The notes below the pieces were generated by a model, which was given only the letters and a program-made list of their open reading frames with translations, was not told the DNA's origin and made no database searches. The position numbers were made by a program, and so were the translations under genes. From Macrostomum lignano (Eukaryota), in assembly GCA_002269645.1 (NCBI GenBank), contig NIVC01000110.1, positions 744,001 to 808,000 on the forward strand: a DNA stretch of 64,000 nt. The letters are read 5' to 3'. This document shows, in pieces, positions 61,004 to 64,000 of the stretch (within the stretch, counting starts at the first letter, position 1; the number at the start of each line of letters is the position of its first letter).

Positions 61004-61827
61004 GTTTCATTTTTCTCTTCAGCCTGTCAGCTCAGCGGCAAGATGCTTTTCTGCCTTATCGGTAAGCAGACTGTAACCTGTGTTTGACCACTGCAGTATG
61101 CGGAATTGTTGTCACTTTTGGAGCAGAGGTGGTTGACTGATTGCGGGTGAGAGGCATCCCCTTGCTGATACTCTCATACCTGCATCTCACACTACGTTTC
61201 ATTGAACTTTTACTGATTCTCATAGAGATTTCACTCTGAATCTTCCTAATGCACAATTGGGAAATCTACTGTTTGAATGTACTTTCTGCTGTCTCTCCCC
61301 AGTCCCCACACAATGGGACGAAAGATTTACTATCGCTACCCTCGCAGTATGCCATTTTATATACATTCGCATGTGTGTGTGTCAAAAAACGTTTAAATGG
61401 TTATTTGTGAAAAAAAATCTGACAGTTTTGCGTGAAACACCTGCTCTGAAGTCTGACTTTTTTTTATCCAATTTTATATACATACTGAATGAATTAGGTG
61501 TTGTAAATTTAATATTATTGTTATATCAGTATTTTCGGACATTATTTAAAATTTTCTAACACGAACATTAATTGTTTCATTGGTTTGTCAGCAACTTAAC
61601 ACCAACAAGAGACAAATTTTGTAGCCTAGTAAACCTCTATTTAACCTCGTGGATAAATGTAAACTATTGATACAAAATGCAATGTTTGCTGTGCATTACG
61701 AGTAAATTTTTTTCAAGCACTCATCAGTTCTAAGAAAAAATGGAACCTTCGATTGCGAAGGCATCAGTCACATGGGCCAATCGTACAAGCCAGTCTCACC
61801 GCAATCAGAGTGAGACGTGGCAGCCAT

Positions 61828-61950
61828 GACTCTTGGTGGGCGCCCCTGACTCTTGGTGGGCGCCCCTGACTCTTGGTGGGCGCCCCTGTCTCTTGGTGGG
61901 CGCCCCTGTCTCTTGGTGGGCGCCCCTGTCTCTTAGTGGGCGCCCCTGTC
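61828..61950. repeat. 20-bp tandem repeat (GACTCTTGGTGGGCGCCCCT) x6
   Basis: Identical or near-identical units with no spacers. Confidence 0.9.
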
Positions 61951-62149
61951 GAAAAAGGTCAAAATAACTAGATGAGAACACCTCATCAAGTTCACTCTTC
62001 CAAGGATCTAAGGCCTACAGACACCCATCAAACGTCTTGGAAGCGGGGGTCGACAGACAATAAGTAGAACTGCATTTTCGCCATCTGATTTTCACTTTTC
62101 CGCCTTTCCCGTCTCTTTCCCAACTCCCGGCCATTTTTCCACCGTTGTC

Positions 62150-63100
62150 TTATTTAACTTCTTATTAAACTTCAAGTATTTGAGGTCCGGCTCATGGCGA
62201 GATTCGGTTGTAAAAGTTTATTCGCATTAACCAGTGCTAACTAAATTAATTTGAATCAATAGTCTAAATTTACCGAGTTAAGTATAGGGATCAAAACCTT
62301 ATCCATCAGCCGTTATTATCTGAGCAAAAAGAATTTGTGCTCAATCAGACTCTCTATCTGGAATGGTTTTCACTCTTGTTAATCAATCACTTGTATCAGT
62401 TCTTCATCACCAGCCGCTGCGGCTATTGGGGAGTCTGGTAGGACACGAAGGTAGCTTCAAATTCTCAAATCGCTCCAAGTAGGATTGTCTAGAAGCAACT
62501 ATTTTTCATATCGCAAGCATTGCATGTCCAAAGGGGCTGGTGTTGCTGGTGGAGCCACCCGTTTAAATGGCGGGTGATTTGCGGGCTTAGGCATTGGGTA
62601 GCCTCTCCAGCCGTCCATGTTGCTGCCCTCCTTGGCAAGATAAGCTGCGGGCTCGTTACCTAGGATATTGCTGTGACCGGGTGTCCAGGTGATTCTGATC
62701 CCTGTTAAGGACTGACAGAGATTAAAACTGCGGCAGCATTGAGATATGCGCTATACATGTAGTTTCAGTGGAAATTTTAACCGTGGTTGAGGCCTTGATA
62801 ACGGCTTGACTACGAGCTATCAGTGTAAAATGCATATTGAAATTTCTGGGCACACAGCTGCTCAATGGCGAAAAACCGAGGTGTTCTCGTGGAGCTGCAG
62901 TCTTTCCTGAAAGAGCGTCTTGCCCTCGTGAAAGATGGCGATGCCCGCTCCACCGCGAGCCGTCAGCGGAGCAGCGAATGCACTGGCTACGCCAGTTCAC
63001 AACATCTAGTGGGCCGTGCTGTCTCGACCAAGGATGGCGGTCTGGAAGCCCCGCTTGATGTTGAGAGTGGAGAGACGGCTATCCACATCGCCCGCTGGAT
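62150..63100 (-). mobile_element. Decayed non-LTR retrotransposon fragment carrying RNase H (R1/LOA/I-group-like)
   Basis: Frameshifted - strand translation gives [21 protein letters not shown] (~62970-62860), SQAVIKA (~62800) and IRITWTPGHSNILGNE..LAKEG (62700-62625), the RNase H motif series; many stops downstream. Confidence 0.72.
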
Positions 63101-64000
63101 GTGGACGTTGAAAAGGTCACGACGGATATGCGGGATTTGACTTTTCATCGAGGCCAGAGGGTTCAGTGACTAATTTTTATCGTTTCATCTCCAAAACGTC
63201 GGGAGGCGGATTTTATAGCCTCCGCCCTCATAAATAAATGGAGCGGAGGTAAATTAAGGATAATGTTCAGCCCCTCGATCCGGGTTGATGGTTACGCACC
63301 TGTGTTGGCGTTACAGATGCTGCGCCAGGCGCTCGCGTGCGGTCTGCTGTCTTCTGTAGCTTGTCTTCCGTCTTCTGCCTTTTGTATTTTGTCTTCTGTC
63401 TGTTGTATTTTGTCTTTTGTCTTGTGTCTCGTGTCTGAGATCAATTACCTCTGGATAGGGGTTAGGGAATGAATGAGTCAATACTGCTCATCGATTTCCG
63501 TCTAGCGAGAGAGTCAGTGACAATAAAGTACAGATCCAATCTAGCAATGGAGAAGCACAGGAAATTTAAATATTTGTATCGATTTTTCCTACTCAAAAGT
63601 AACTTCTTAAATCAGGTTAGTCCGGTACAATCCAATCAATCCATCAATCAATAATCAATATTACAATCGCTAATTATCAATAATAATCGACATTAATTGG
63701 GGAGAAAAATGGTGAATGAGTTCAAGGATGAGCCTAAAGACGAGATTAGGATGATAATAAGGATGTAAACTTGTGGTCTTGAGCAAAGCTTGACTCCCTA
63801 TATAAGACGCAATTGAAAGCCATAAAAGCGAGGTCTGCATCCAAGGCACCGTTACAAGCTGAGGCCTTACTCATGTAGGTAGGGAAAAGTGCAATTTAAA
63901 CATTGTACGTGGGACGTCAATGTACGAATGCAGTCTCATGACGATCGCATGAACAGAAGCGCACGTTGCCATGGTTCTGATGATGAGTTAGTCACAGGCT

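Noticed and set aside
63650-64000. Possible LTR start or C/D snoRNA at the right edge
   Set aside because: Truncated by the window; no second LTR, PBS or paired C/D boxes can be verified

Overview
Eukaryotic (animal) genomic DNA, not prokaryotic: spliced GT-AG genes whose introns are mostly filled by locus-specific minisatellites. Composition and architecture resemble the flatworm Macrostomum lignano (inference only). Most long ORFs in the ORF track are translated tandem repeats. Host genes reconstructed by hand from splice sites with consistent reading phase: a 3-exon TMPPE-like metallophosphoesterase (-), a sulfotransferase with a long N-terminal extension (-; start codon not found), an ~861-aa protein with a dispersed beta-hairpin-like repeat and no recognisable family (-), an 8-exon PCSK7-like proprotein convertase (-), an ~1300-aa ankyrin-repeat + Mab-21/cGAS-like nucleotidyltransferase (+), and a probable terminal exon of a + strand gene. 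Mobile elements: a tandem array of a miniature non-coding LTR element (TRIM-like), a very young 8.7-kb Ty3/gypsy element (-1 frameshift signal, one or two extra ORFs after pol), a decayed 4.3-kb Mag-type gypsy element, three non-autonomous DNA transposons with 8-bp TSDs, and a decayed RNase H-bearing LINE fragment. No rRNA, tRNA or CRISPR array was seen. All calls come from reading the sequence; no searches or computations were run.
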